Counted from the first letter of the stretch, positions 38,597 to 48,713 are shown. The stretch: 64,000 nucleotides of DNA from an uncultured bacterium (GCA_963729625.1 CAVSOU010000010.1:992001-1056000), one strand, 5' to 3'. Numbers and translations are program-made. Notes: generated from the sequence alone by a model not told the origin.

Positions 38597-39394
38597 ATGA
38601 ATGATCTGCGAGGCGGGGCGCCATTCCGGCTAGACGAAAGAGTGGCTCTCGTCACAGGCGCTGGTTCAGGCATTGGCGCCGAGATAGCACGCGTCTACGC
38701 GCAACAGGGTGCAAGCGTGGTTATCGGCGACGTCAACGAGGAGCGAGGCCGGTCCGTCGCCGAAGAGATCGCGCGGGCGTCGGGTGCCGCCTGCGTCTTT
38801 AAGCACCTGGATGTGACGGACGTGGCCTCGTCGCAGCGCGCCGTGCAGGCCTGCGTGGACTCCTTTGGCGGTCTGAATATTCTTGTCAATAACGCTGGAG
38901 TCGGCTACGTAGGAGACGCGCTGGAAACCGACGAGCAGGAGTTTGCCCGACTGATGGCAGTCAACGTCACCGGAGTCTACAACTGTTCCAAGGCTGCCCT
39001 TGCCTGGATGGTTGCCCACGGTGGTGGCGTCGTGGTCAACATTGCATCCGTCGCCGGGCAAGTGGGAGTGAAACGCCGCTTTGCATACGGCGCCTCCAAG
39101 GGCGCGGTGATTGCGATGACCAAGAGCATGGCGGTGGACTTTGTCGACCGGGGCATACGCGTCAACTGCATATGCCCCGGCACCGTGTACACGCCCTTCG
39201 TGGAGTCGTATCTCGACCGGTTCCACGCTCACAATCGCGAGGAGACGCTTGCGGGCCTCAACGCTCGACAGCCCTTGGGCCGCATGGGTAGGCCGGCTGA
39301 GATTGCCCACATGGCCCTCTACCTCGCGTCCGAGGAGTCGGCATACGCCACGGGCTCGGCAATGGTGCTTGACGGAGGCTTGACCGCTCAGTAG
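38597..39394 (+). CDS. Short-chain dehydrogenase/reductase
   Basis: TGAGSGIG, NNAG, YGASK, RVNCICPGTV.TP, RQPLGRMG; resembles keto-deoxy-sugar-acid dehydrogenases. Confidence 0.88.
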   Translation: MNDLRGGAPFRLDERVALVTGAGSGIGAEIARVYAQQGASVVIGDVNEERGRSVAEEIARASGAACVFKHLDVTDVASSQRAVQACVDSFGGLNILVNNAGVGYVGDALETDEQEFARLMAVNVTGVYNCSKAALAWMVAHGGGVVVNIASVAGQVGVKRRFAYGASKGAVIAMTKSMAVDFVDRGIRVNCICPGTVYTPFVESYLDRFHAHNREETLAGLNARQPLGRMGRPAEIAHMALYLASEESAYATGSAMVLDGGLTAQ

Positions 39395-39472
39395 AATCTC
39401 GCGCTCCCTCGCTGGTAGCCGAGCTCCAAAATACATCGCAGCCGTTCGTGGCTGTGGAGGGAACGCAGCGTC

Positions 39473-40735
39473 GTGAGACTTGCACTTCCTTACGGACGGG
39501 AAGGCCTGATTGTCGATCTGCCCGACAGGAACGTCGACGTCGTGGAGCCATATCACACGCCGGCCCTGCAAGATGAAACCGCGGCCATCGTGTCGGCGCT
39601 TCGCCAGCCGTTGGATAGGCAGCCTCTCCGGGCGATGGTCTCACCGGGTGATCGCGTGGTCCTCGTGGTCAACGACGGCACCCGGCCAATGCCTTCGGCT
39701 CGCGTGCTGCCCCCTATCCTGGCGGAGCTGGCACACGTGCCGCCCGACCAGATCTCGGTGCTGGTCGCCACCGGCACGCACCGCGCCAACAGCGCCGTCG
39801 AGCTGGCGGAGATGCTGGGGCCCGGTATTGTCGCACACTACAAGGTAGTCAACCATGATGCTCGCGATCCGTACCAACTTGAGTATTTGGGCTGTAGCTC
39901 GCGCGGGCATCCCATCTGGATTGACAAACACTACCTCAACGCCGACGTGAAGATTCTCACCGGCTTCATCGAGCCCCATTTCTTCGCTGGATTCTCCGGT
40001 GGCCCAAAACTGGTCATGCCGGGGCTCGCGGGTTTGGAGACCGTGTCGGCAAACCACGCACCGGACATGATCGCTGATCCGAACGCGACTTTCGGTGTCC
40101 TCGAGAACAATCCAATTCATGAGGAGCAGCGCGAGATCGCGCTGCTGACTTCACCGACGTTCAGTGTGAACGTGGCCCTCAACCGGCGCCGCGAGATTAC
40201 TGGAGTGTGGGCTGGCGAGATGGTCGCCGTCCACGCGGCAGGAGTGGAGTTCGTACGCCGTGCAACGAGCCGGATCCTTTCTCACCCGTATGACGTCGTG
40301 TTGACAACCAACAGCGGATACCCACTTGACCAGAATCTCTACCAAAGCGTTAAGGGAATGGCTGCGGCAGCTCCCGCAGTGAGCGCGGACGGTGCTATCG
40401 TGCTGTGCGCGGAGTGCAGCGATGGGCTGCCGGACTTTGGCATCTTTGCTACTCTCCTGCGCGAGGCGCCTGACGCGGAGACGCTGCTGGCGCGCGTGCA
40501 GGCAGCGCAACCGCCGTTGCCCGATGGCTGGCAGGGCCAGATTCTGGGGCGCATACTGCGGCACGCCAGGGTTCACCTGTATTCGCGGCTGCCGGAATCC
40601 GTCGTGCAGCAGACTTTGCTCCTGCCATGCTCAGACGCTGGTGCGCGCGTGCGCGAACTGCTCGCCGCGTCAGGGCCGGAAGCAAGCCTGCTTGTCTTGC
40701 CGGAAGGACCGCAAACGATTGTTACCGTCGGATAA
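39473..40735 (+). CDS. larA: Nickel-pincer-dependent LarA-family racemase/epimerase (substrate unknown)
   Basis: NDGTRP, ATGTHR, VVNHD, IEPHFFAGFSGGPKLVMPG, ANH, GYPLDQNLYQSVKG, ECSDG, LPEGP. Confidence 0.9.
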   Translation: MRLALPYGREGLIVDLPDRNVDVVEPYHTPALQDETAAIVSALRQPLDRQPLRAMVSPGDRVVLVVNDGTRPMPSARVLPPILAELAHVPPDQISVLVATGTHRANSAVELAEMLGPGIVAHYKVVNHDARDPYQLEYLGCSSRGHPIWIDKHYLNADVKILTGFIEPHFFAGFSGGPKLVMPGLAGLETVSANHAPDMIADPNATFGVLENNPIHEEQREIALLTSPTFSVNVALNRRREITGVWAGEMVAVHAAGVEFVRRATSRILSHPYDVVLTTNSGYPLDQNLYQSVKGMAAAAPAVSADGAIVLCAECSDGLPDFGIFATLLREAPDAETLLARVQAAQPPLPDGWQGQILGRILRHARVHLYSRLPESVVQQTLLLPCSDAGARVRELLAASGPEASLLVLPEGPQTIVTVG

Positions 40736-40841
40736 CGGCACCGCACGGCGGCCAACGGGCAGGTTCGCGCCCCGCGATGCAGCACGGCACGACCGGCTTC
40801 GCGGAACCAGCGTGCTGCCTGCCCTGCCTTGTTCGGCGTTG

Positions 40842-40901
40842 TTGACGGCCTGAGGTGGGAAGGCTATACTCGGTGTGTCTCTTGAAGCCTGTAATTACAG
40901 G
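40842..40901 (+). promoter_or_regulatory. Sigma70 promoter and operator 3 (eda-kduI)
   Basis: TTGACG 40842-40847, 17 bp, TATACT 40865-40870; perfect palindrome CCTGTAATTACAGG at 40888-40901. Confidence 0.8.
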
Positions 40902-41015
40902 ATGATAGCATGTCGCCCAACATCGGGCCAGCCTGGAAACCGGGCTTGCCGGCGTGGTGCGAGTGGTACGTCGAGAGTGAACGTAGCGGGTCGCTAATGA
41001 AGGAATATTGGTGAA

Positions 41016-41657
41016 ATGAACGAGGTGCTGCACGCAATTAGCCAGATAGGCCTGGTGCCGGTGATCAAGGTCGACAGGGCGGAAGATGCCGTGCCGCTTG
41101 CACGTGCGCTGGTCGAAGGTGGGCTGCCGGTAGCCGAGATTACCTTCCGGACCGCGGCAGCCAGAGAGGCAATTCGCAACATTGCGGCGGGCCTTCCCGA
41201 GATGATCCTGGGCGCCGGCACCGTGCTGACCGTGCAGCAGGCCGAGCAGGCTGTGGAAGCCGGAGCAAAATACATCGTGTCGCCCGGATTCGATCCGTCA
41301 GTCGTCGATTGGTGCCTGGCGCGAGACGTCGCGGTCACCCCTGGGGTCGCCACGCCTACGGAAGTGATCATGGCGCTGGGTAAAGGCCTGCATAACCTCA
41401 AATTCTTCCCAGCCGAGGAACTGGGCGGTATCCGGATGCTCAAGGCCCTCGCGGGTCCGTTCGGCGACGTGCGCTTTATCCCTACCGGTGGGATCACCGC
41501 CTCGAGTCTTCCCGACTACCTCCGACTGCCCAACGTGTTTGCGGTGGGGGGAAGCTGGATGGTAAGCGCGGCGCTGATCGGCGCCGGCAAGTTCGACGAG
41601 ATCAAGCGTCTCGCCGGGGAGGCCCGGCAGATCGTCGCCACGGTCCGGGGAACATGA
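41016..41657 (+). CDS. eda: KDPG/KHG aldolase
   Basis: EITFRT, GAGTVL, IVSPG, PGVATPTE, LKFFPA, FIPTGGI, VGGSW. Confidence 0.95.
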   Translation: MNEVLHAISQIGLVPVIKVDRAEDAVPLARALVEGGLPVAEITFRTAAAREAIRNIAAGLPEMILGAGTVLTVQQAEQAVEAGAKYIVSPGFDPSVVDWCLARDVAVTPGVATPTEVIMALGKGLHNLKFFPAEELGGIRMLKALAGPFGDVRFIPTGGITASSLPDYLRLPNVFAVGGSWMVSAALIGAGKFDEIKRLAGEARQIVATVRGT

Positions 41658-41755
41658 GGGCCAGTAGTGCAACGCGGACTTTCTCCTGGGGTGAGCCCAC
41701 GCTGTGTCGCCAGCTATGAAACCGTTCGCAACCACGTGCAAAGAATGGGGTAGCC

Positions 41756-42583
41756 ATGGAAAGCAGAAACTCCGTAAACCCTAGGGATGTGCGGGCCTAT
41801 GACACGCAAAGGCTGCGCGAGGCATTCCTGATTCAAGGTCTTTTCGCAAAGGGCGAGACCACGATGGTCTACAGCCATGACGACAGGATCATAGTGGGCG
41901 CTGTCTGCCCCACATCCCCGGTAGTGCTCGAAGCCGGCGAGGCGATACGAGCCGACTACTTCCTCGAGAGACGGGAGATGGGGATCATCAATATCGGGGA
42001 CAAGGGTGCGGTTACCGTGGACGGCGTACGGCACACGCTGAACCAGAAGGATGGCCTGTTCATCGGTAAGGGTTCGAAGCTCATCGAGTTCTCGAGCCAC
42101 GATCCGAACAGTCCTGCCAAGTTCTACTTCAACAGCGCACCCGCACACGCAACCTATCCGACGGCAAGAATAGAGATCGGCCAGGCCGAGTCTGAAAAGC
42201 TCGGGTCCCTTGAGGGCGCGAATCAACGCACGATCTACAGGTACATCCATTTGCGCGGTGTCAGAAGCTGCCAGCTGGTCATGGGCATGACCATTCTCGA
42301 GCCGGGCAGCGTGTGGAACACCATGCCATGTCACACGCATGACCGCAGGATGGAGGCGTATTTGTATTTTGGCATGCCGGAAGACGGCGTGGTGTTTCAC
42401 TACATGGGTGAGCCGCCGGAGACAAGGCACATCGTCGTCAGGAACGAAGAAGCGGTCATATCGCCAAGTTGGTCGATTCATTCCGGTTGCGGCACGAAAA
42501 ACTATACGTTCATATGGGGCATGGTTGGCGAGAACCAGGTGTTTGCCGATCAGGATTTCGTGCCGATGAAGGATCTACGGTAG
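41756..42583 (+). CDS. kduI: 5-dehydro-4-deoxy-D-glucuronate isomerase (KduI)
   Basis: YSH.DRII.G, FLERREMGIINIG, SAPAH, SCQL.MG.T, WNTMPCHTHDRRME.Y, ISPSWSIHSG.GT, FIWGM.GENQ. Confidence 0.95.
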   Translation: MESRNSVNPRDVRAYDTQRLREAFLIQGLFAKGETTMVYSHDDRIIVGAVCPTSPVVLEAGEAIRADYFLERREMGIINIGDKGAVTVDGVRHTLNQKDGLFIGKGSKLIEFSSHDPNSPAKFYFNSAPAHATYPTARIEIGQAESEKLGSLEGANQRTIYRYIHLRGVRSCQLVMGMTILEPGSVWNTMPCHTHDRRMEAYLYFGMPEDGVVFHYMGEPPETRHIVVRNEEAVISPSWSIHSGCGTKNYTFIWGMVGENQVFADQDFVPMKDLR

Positions 42584-42675
42584 GCCCTTCACATCCGAAG
42601 GCTTTCCCGGCCTCGGCAACCGCCTGCCAGCTGAAGTGAGCGACTCTCACACCATGGCTGCCAAGTTGGCCTCGG

Positions 42676-44205
42676 CTACGCCCACCGCCGGAACGTGCCT
42701 GCCAGTTCCTCCTGCCAAAGCCTATAGGCGTGAGAGAGGGTGGCGTAGATCGCCGTGACCTCGGTCCGCGGTCTGGCCGGCTCTCCCTGACGCTCGGACG
42801 TTGCGCTCGCCACGGCCGCTAGATCGCCGAAAAGGCCAACTGCATGGCCGGCAATCAGTGCGCTGCCCCAGGTGGCGAATTCAGCGCGCTTGAGTCGTTG
42901 ATACGGCACACCAAGCACGTCGGCCTTGATCTGATTCCACACATTGCTGCGTGCGCCGCCACCGATCACGCGAGCCTCGACGAGACTGAGGTCCGGTATC
43001 AGGCCGCGCAGGATGCTCAGGTAGATACTATACTCAAACGCCACGCTCTCTAGAAGCGCGCGGGTGAAGTAGTCTCGAGTGTGCCCCCAAGAGAACCCGG
43101 CCCACGCGCCGCGCATGGCCGGCTCCGCCGGGCAGATCCGCCCGCCCAGGTGGGGGGAGAAGCGGAGCCCATCGGCTCCAGGCGGTATCGCCGCCGCTCC
43201 GGCGATCATCCGGTCGTAAAGGCTGTCGCCCGCGTCCGTTCCGTCATGAGCATAGAGCTGATCGCGAAGCCAATGCAGCGCAAGCCCGCCACCGCCGACA
43301 TAGGCCAACGGATGCCAGAGTCCGGGCAAGACAGACCGCATGCACAGAAGCGTGCGGTGCTCGACATCGGCGACAAAGCGATCCGTGCACCCCGCCAGCA
43401 CGGCCGCGGTACCAGCCGTATCCAGCAACATGCCGGGCATCACCACGCCGGCGCCAAGGGCGCCCGCTGCCGTGTCTCCGGCGCCGGCGGCGATCGGCGT
43501 CCCCGGAGTGAGCCCGAAGTCACGGGACGACTGCTCCGTCACCTCCCCGACGAGGTCCCATGGTGTGACGATACGCGGTAGCTTGTCCCGATCGACGCCC
43601 AGCAGCCCAATGAGCTCATCCGACCACGTGCCCGCGCGTCCATCGCTCAGCGCGGAGAAGTGCAGGAACGTGTGATCGATAAAGGCCTCTTCGGCTTTGA
43701 GACCCGCCATTCTGCCGGCCACAAAGGCGGCGGGCATGAGAAACCTGGCGATCTTCCGGTACTGGTCAGGCCGCTCATTCCGCCACCACATCATCTTGGG
43801 ACCGTGATCGCACGTCGGCGGGCAGCCGGTAAGGCGCGTGATCACGTCGCCATGCTGGCGGTCCAGGGATTCGATGTAGGGTTGGCAGCGCATGTCCAGC
43901 CAGGAATCAAAGCCGGTCGCCGCCCGAAAGTGCTCGTCGATGGAGCCCAGGCCCGCCATCTGGCTGTCGCAAGCAATTGCTTTGACGTCGCGCGCATCGA
44001 TGCCGCTTTCGACGAGGCACTCGCGCACGGCTCTTGCCGCCGTCCGGTAGAAGTCCTCGCTGTCCTGCTCTACGACTCCGGGCTGCGGATGGTGGATCGG
44101 CACTCCGACGCCGGCTTCGGCCACGAGCGTACCGTCCTCACAGTAAAGTGCGGCCTTTGTCGCGCTCGTGCCCAGGTCGACGCCGACCAGGTAGCTGCGG
44201 CTCAT
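42676..44205 (-). CDS. FGGY-family carbohydrate kinase (xylulokinase-like)
   Basis: GVDLGTSATK, SQMAG, SW.D.R, GAGD, AGTA, FSPHLGGR..P, IGGGARS..WNQIKADVLG. Confidence 0.9.
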   Translation of the reverse strand: MSRSYLVGVDLGTSATKAALYCEDGTLVAEAGVGVPIHHPQPGVVEQDSEDFYRTAARAVRECLVESGIDARDVKAIACDSQMAGLGSIDEHFRAATGFDSWLDMRCQPYIESLDRQHGDVITRLTGCPPTCDHGPKMMWWRNERPDQYRKIARFLMPAAFVAGRMAGLKAEEAFIDHTFLHFSALSDGRAGTWSDELIGLLGVDRDKLPRIVTPWDLVGEVTEQSSRDFGLTPGTPIAAGAGDTAAGALGAGVVMPGMLLDTAGTAAVLAGCTDRFVADVEHRTLLCMRSVLPGLWHPLAYVGGGGLALHWLRDQLYAHDGTDAGDSLYDRMIAGAAAIPPGADGLRFSPHLGGRICPAEPAMRGAWAGFSWGHTRDYFTRALLESVAFEYSIYLSILRGLIPDLSLVEARVIGGGARSNVWNQIKADVLGVPYQRLKRAEFATWGSALIAGHAVGLFGDLAAVASATSERQGEPARPRTEVTAIYATLSHAYRLWQEELAGTFRRWA

Positions 44206-44206
44206 G

Positions 44207-45532
44207 CTAGATCTCGTCAATTCTGAGCTCAAAGACCCTGCAGACCAACCCCATGTTGACCAGGTTGTGGCCGGTCAACAGAAGCGAGTGGTGCGACGGG
44301 AGTCCTGCCATGAGCTTGTGACCGTCGCGCACGCGAATCACCGCGCCGTTCAGGCAATCGGATCCTGGATACTGTGCATAGCCGGTAAGCGCACCCTCCG
44401 CCACCGTCATGGCGTTGAAGCTGGAGTCCAGCTTGGCCAGAGTCAAGTCACCCACTGGCAAACGAGCGTCGATCGCGGTTGCGTTATTGTCGACGATTGC
44501 CAGGACCTTCTTCTTGAGACGCCATTCGGTCGAGAAGGACTGAGGGAGCACGCCGAGGTAGCCGCAGTGGGCGGCCAGCACATGGTTGTCCGGCTCGTCG
44601 ACCAGCGGGAAGTGAGGAATACGCTCATGCTTGAGGGCCGACTGACCCATCAGAAACGGGTAAAGGTTGGTCATCATTATCGGCACGCCGAGTGACCGGT
44701 CGAGAATGTGCTTCGTCAGCATGGAGACGGTATCGCCCTCACATCCCCAGATCAGGTTGCGCTCCTCGTAGAGCATGTTCCAGGCCAGGCATGGAGTCGT
44801 GTCGGAGAAGTGCGATTCGTTGAGGCAGTTGATGCCGACCGCCTGAATGCTGGGATCCAGGTCGAGCTCTCGTCGCACGGCAATATAGAGCTTGAGCGCG
44901 CTCAGCACTGATTGCCTGGGCATTCGCGCGATCGGCAGTTTGGACTTCCAGTGCGACCAGACTTCCTCGGCTTCACGGTCGTCAACGGCCTGCGCTGCTG
45001 CACCGAGCGCCTGGAAGCTCTTCTTGACGACGGTGACCCCGAACTTCTCGTGCATGCGCTGGGCACATTCGTCTTCCCACCAATAGAAGCGCTTGAAAAT
45101 ACTGGGCTGAAAGCCTGCCTCGCCTGGTTTGTCCTGAAACGCCAGGAACTTGGCCTGATGCAGTTCACGTTTCGCGACCAGTGCCCGACACACGATCTGT
45201 GCTTGCTCCAGGTTGTAGGGCGCGATGGTATCGACTCCTTCGGTCCTCAGGTAGCTCGCGATCTCCCAGTCCCACATTGCCATGGTGCCGAACTCGGATG
45301 TCATAATCAGGATGGGCAGGTCGAGCGCCTTGAAATGAGCCAGCTGACGATATGCGTCGCCGAGCATTTGGGGAAATACCACGGCGTCCACAACGGGAAT
45401 GGCGTCGCCAAGCGCGACGGGCTCGAGGATCTCGGCCTCTTCGCGAAAGAGAACCCTCAGACGCTTGACCTGGGCAGCGAATTCGTCGTCCCACTCGGGC
45501 CTGAGATGGAGCGGAACCAGGCGCGCTTTCAT
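44207..45532 (-). CDS. L-fucose/L-arabinose isomerase-like protein (divergent)
   Basis: INCL...PCLAWNML...WGCEGD, AHCG, TLAKL and C-terminal SHH motifs of the FucI-like fold. Confidence 0.7.
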   Translation of the reverse strand: MKARLVPLHLRPEWDDEFAAQVKRLRVLFREEAEILEPVALGDAIPVVDAVVFPQMLGDAYRQLAHFKALDLPILIMTSEFGTMAMWDWEIASYLRTEGVDTIAPYNLEQAQIVCRALVAKRELHQAKFLAFQDKPGEAGFQPSIFKRFYWWEDECAQRMHEKFGVTVVKKSFQALGAAAQAVDDREAEEVWSHWKSKLPIARMPRQSVLSALKLYIAVRRELDLDPSIQAVGINCLNESHFSDTTPCLAWNMLYEERNLIWGCEGDTVSMLTKHILDRSLGVPIMMTNLYPFLMGQSALKHERIPHFPLVDEPDNHVLAAHCGYLGVLPQSFSTEWRLKKKVLAIVDNNATAIDARLPVGDLTLAKLDSSFNAMTVAEGALTGYAQYPGSDCLNGAVIRVRDGHKLMAGLPSHHSLLLTGHNLVNMGLVCRVFELRIDEI

Positions 45533-45624
45533 CGTGTTGCATCTCCCTCGACAGCTTGCGCACGTTGCGATTACCGAATTGTACTACTACACGCCGCGGT
45601 CGTTCCGAGCTACCCTCATGTACC

Positions 45625-45684
45625 CCTGTAATTACAGCCTCGCCAGGTCGCCGGTACGATAGCACAGGGCCACCCCATTGTCAA
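45625..45684 (-). promoter_or_regulatory. Sigma70 promoter and operator 4 (isomerase-kinase operon)
   Basis: Minus strand TTGACA (45679-45684), 17 bp, TGc-TATCGT (45656-45661); CCTGTAATTACAGC 45625-45638 with an adjacent half-site. Confidence 0.75.
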
Positions 45685-45708
45685 CACATCATGGTCGAAG
45701 ACCAGCCC

Positions 45709-45770
45709 TTGACAGTGCTGCTACCCCTGGACTAGTATCATTCCGACTGCATGTCATTACCGGATTACAA
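45709..45770 (+). promoter_or_regulatory. Sigma70 promoter and operator 5 (ADH-isomerase operon)
   Basis: TTGACA 45709-45714, 18 bp, TAGTAT 45733-45738; CATGTCATTACCGG 45750-45763 followed by ATTACAA. Confidence 0.7.
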
Positions 45771-45892
45771 CCCACGTCTTGCGGAGGCCACGAGGAGGAT
45801 TCGGTGCTCCCCACGCTCGAGCCACTGTGTCGGCGCGACGCCGCGGGCGTGTTCCGGCCGGCCCAAGACGGCCGAATGAAGGAGGCAACGCT

Positions 45893-46936
45893 ATGAAGGC
45901 TGTCGCTGTGCTGGAGCCAGGCAAGGTCGCGCTAGTAGACATTCCCGTGCCGAAGCCCAGTCCGTACGAGGCTCTGGTCAAAAGCGAGGCGGCATTTGTC
46001 TGCAACGCGACGGACCGCAAGATCGTCCAGGGGCACGCCGCCTCGCTCGGCCTCGGCCCTGATTCCTATCCCCTCATACTCGGCCACGAGACGGTCGGTA
46101 CAGTTGTCGAGGTTGGTGCCAAGGTCACCTCGTTCAAGGTGGGCGATCGCATCCTCGGGGGGCTCTTCTTTTCGCCGCAGGGCTACGGTTCGGGCTGGGG
46201 AGGGGATTCCGAGTACGTCCTCGCTGCCGACCATACGGCGATGGCGGCCGACGGGGTGGCAGACGAAGAGCATGGCTGGAACGACGTCTTCAAGATCATG
46301 AAGAAGGTCCCAGAGGATATCCCGGTCGAAGCCGCAGGCCTTCTTGCAACCTGGCGCGAGGTGTACGCCGGCTTCTCCGATTTTAGCCTCAAGCCGAACG
46401 ACGACATTCTCATATTCGGCGCTGGACCAGTAGGCCTGTCCTTTTGCCGCTTCGCCAAGCTACTCGGGCTCGGGTGGGTTGGTGTCGTGGATCCGCTTCC
46501 ATTCAAGCGCGAGAAAGCCCTTGCTCTTGGCGCGGACGTCGTCTTTGCTCCCGGGGATGCAGCGATCGCCAGTCTTGAGAAGGCGCGTGGAAAGCCCTTG
46601 GATGCCGTTATCGACGCGGTGGGCTCGGAGCAGGTCATCAACGCCGGCCTACCACTGATCAAGCTTGCGGGTTCGGTCTGCGTCTATGGCGTCTTGCCGG
46701 GCGACAGCCTTGCTCTTGACAAGGCAGTCGCCCCAAAGAACTTCAATGTTCTCGTGCATCAATGGCCGACCCGTGACGCCGAGGCGGCCGCTCAGGAGCC
46801 GCTGGTGGAATGGATCAGGTCGGGGATGATCAGACACCAGGATTTCCAGACAGGCGAATTCGCACTGTCGGAAATCGAAGCGGCGCTGGCGGCAACAGCG
46901 CTCCCGACCTCGATCAAGACCATGTTGCGCTTCTGA
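45893..46936 (+). CDS. Zinc-binding (MDR) dehydrogenase lacking the structural-Zn cysteine cluster
   Basis: AAGGAGG SD; CNATD, LGHE.VG, VGDR, GAGPVG, DAVG. Confidence 0.85.
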   Translation: MKAVAVLEPGKVALVDIPVPKPSPYEALVKSEAAFVCNATDRKIVQGHAASLGLGPDSYPLILGHETVGTVVEVGAKVTSFKVGDRILGGLFFSPQGYGSGWGGDSEYVLAADHTAMAADGVADEEHGWNDVFKIMKKVPEDIPVEAAGLLATWREVYAGFSDFSLKPNDDILIFGAGPVGLSFCRFAKLLGLGWVGVVDPLPFKREKALALGADVVFAPGDAAIASLEKARGKPLDAVIDAVGSEQVINAGLPLIKLAGSVCVYGVLPGDSLALDKAVAPKNFNVLVHQWPTRDAEAAAQEPLVEWIRSGMIRHQDFQTGEFALSEIEAALAATALPTSIKTMLRF

Positions 46937-47022
46937 CGGGCCCTGCCCCAACAGTGCTATCTTGCTTTTGAGCCGCGATCTCCCCAGGCGGGGAGGCGAT
47001 CCAGTAATGACGAGGTGATGAC

Positions 47023-48468
47023 ATGAAGAATGGTCGCGTGCGCGTCGGTCTGGCCGGCGCGATACATCCGAACATGCCCGGTGACGATGCCGCCTTGTAC
47101 GCACGAATGATAGCCGCTTTCGTCGAGATAGCCTGCGCGGAAGACTTCGACCTCTCGGTGTTCCAGAAGCCGCTCAGGAGCGAGGCCGACGGAGAGGAGG
47201 CGAGGGCCTTCATGGATGGCGAAGGTGCGGACTTCGTGCTGCTCTTCAACGCAAGCCTGCCCTACGGCCGCGTGATACTTCCCCTCGCCAGGGTACGAGG
47301 CCACATTGGCCTGTGGTCGGTGCCCGAGCCTACCACCTCTGGGGTGCTGCAGCTCAACTCGTTCTGCGGGACGAACATGCTCGGTGCGATCATCGCCAAC
47401 TACCTGCGCGAGTATGACATCCCCTTCAAGTGGTTCTATGGCATGCCCGACGAACCGAGATTCCGCGAGCGGCTCTCGGTAACCCTCGCCGCAATGCGAG
47501 CGATGAAGACGCTACGGACCGCGAGGATCGCGCAGATCGGCGGCCTTGCCGATGGCTTCGAAGACCTCTACATCGACGAGCGCGTCCTGGAGAAGAAATT
47601 CGGGACTCGATTGCAGACCCGGCACACGGTTGAGGAGATCGTGGCGCGAGCCGAAAAGCTTGACGCTGCCGCGGTCAAGGCGGAGATCGGGAGAATCGGT
47701 AAGGAAGGCAGCCTCGACCTTCGTGTCGTCAACCCGGGACACGCGGAAAAGTCGGCGAGAGTCTACCTTGCGCTCAAGGAATTCGCGCAGGAGAACGACT
47801 ACGACTCTCTTGCTCTTTCGTGTTGGGCCCGTTTCCAGAAGGTCTACGGCGTGGCGGTCTGCGCCGCCATGAGCCGGCTCAACGAGGAAGGGATTGCCAC
47901 GCCGTGTGAGGCCGACGTAACGAGCGCGGTGATGATGCTCGCGCTCAACGCGATGAACGGCAAGAAAGCCGCACTAAGCGACCTCGTGGCCTTTGACGAA
48001 TCGGACCAGAGCCTGAGCCTGTGGCACTGCGGAGTGGCTCCGGCGAGCTGGGCCGATTCAAGCGGTGTCCGCTGGGAGAATCACTTCAACATTGGGCACT
48101 ACGAGGGCTGCACATGGTGCGGAGACGGGCTGGTAGCCGATATGAGGTTCAAAGCCGGGCCAGTCACCGTCGCCACACTTGACAACGACTTCGACAACAT
48201 GCTCGTCCTTTCGGGCCAGATCGCGGCTGGCAAGCACGGATACGCCGGCTCTGGTGGGTGGGTGAAGGACCTCCGATTGAACGGAGAATGCGTGAGCATC
48301 GAGGATCTGATGAACACGATCGTCGTGGGAAGAGTGAACCACCACTACCCGAGCGCGTTCGGCGACCTTACAAACGAGCTCAACGAGTTTGCGGCATGGA
48401 AGGGGATCAGCCTCGTCGAGCGAGTGCCGTACAAGCCCTATGTGCAGGTGTCGAAGCGATCGAAGTGA
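47023..48468 (+). CDS. L-fucose/L-arabinose isomerase family protein
   Basis: WSVPE...LNSFCG, SCW..FQ, CAAMSRLN..G....CEAD, SDL, WHCG.AP, NHH. Confidence 0.85.
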   Translation: MKNGRVRVGLAGAIHPNMPGDDAALYARMIAAFVEIACAEDFDLSVFQKPLRSEADGEEARAFMDGEGADFVLLFNASLPYGRVILPLARVRGHIGLWSVPEPTTSGVLQLNSFCGTNMLGAIIANYLREYDIPFKWFYGMPDEPRFRERLSVTLAAMRAMKTLRTARIAQIGGLADGFEDLYIDERVLEKKFGTRLQTRHTVEEIVARAEKLDAAAVKAEIGRIGKEGSLDLRVVNPGHAEKSARVYLALKEFAQENDYDSLALSCWARFQKVYGVAVCAAMSRLNEEGIATPCEADVTSAVMMLALNAMNGKKAALSDLVAFDESDQSLSLWHCGVAPASWADSSGVRWENHFNIGHYEGCTWCGDGLVADMRFKAGPVTVATLDNDFDNMLVLSGQIAAGKHGYAGSGGWVKDLRLNGECVSIEDLMNTIVVGRVNHHYPSAFGDLTNELNEFAAWKGISLVERVPYKPYVQVSKRSK

Positions 48469-48713
48469 CCGAAACGGCAACGCCAGAGACTGTCTGCCTC
48501 GCAGCCGCTTGGGGCCAGGTGTCGAGTCCGACTCGGAGGTCCGCGCGGCGATGCCGGCCACGCCGGCGGTTGCCGCGCACGTCCTCCGAAGAGATCGACC
48601 GAACAACCTGCCGGTGGACGCGATGCCATCGTCGGTGACAAGGGACGGCAGTCTCGGACTGACCAGCCTTTGCCGGGCGATTTGAGAGCGTGCCGCGGGC
48701 GTCTCAGGAAGCG

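Noticed and set aside
36022-38624. ORFs 36022-37260 (+) and 37347-38624 (-)
   Set aside because: Antisense to the binding-protein gene and kduD, which have clear family motifs.
48465-48700. Short ORFs between the isomerase and the Gfo/Idh/MocA promoter; likewise 54478-54837 and 56082-56330
   Set aside because: No recognisable motifs or convincing SD; treated as intergenic or degenerate sequence.
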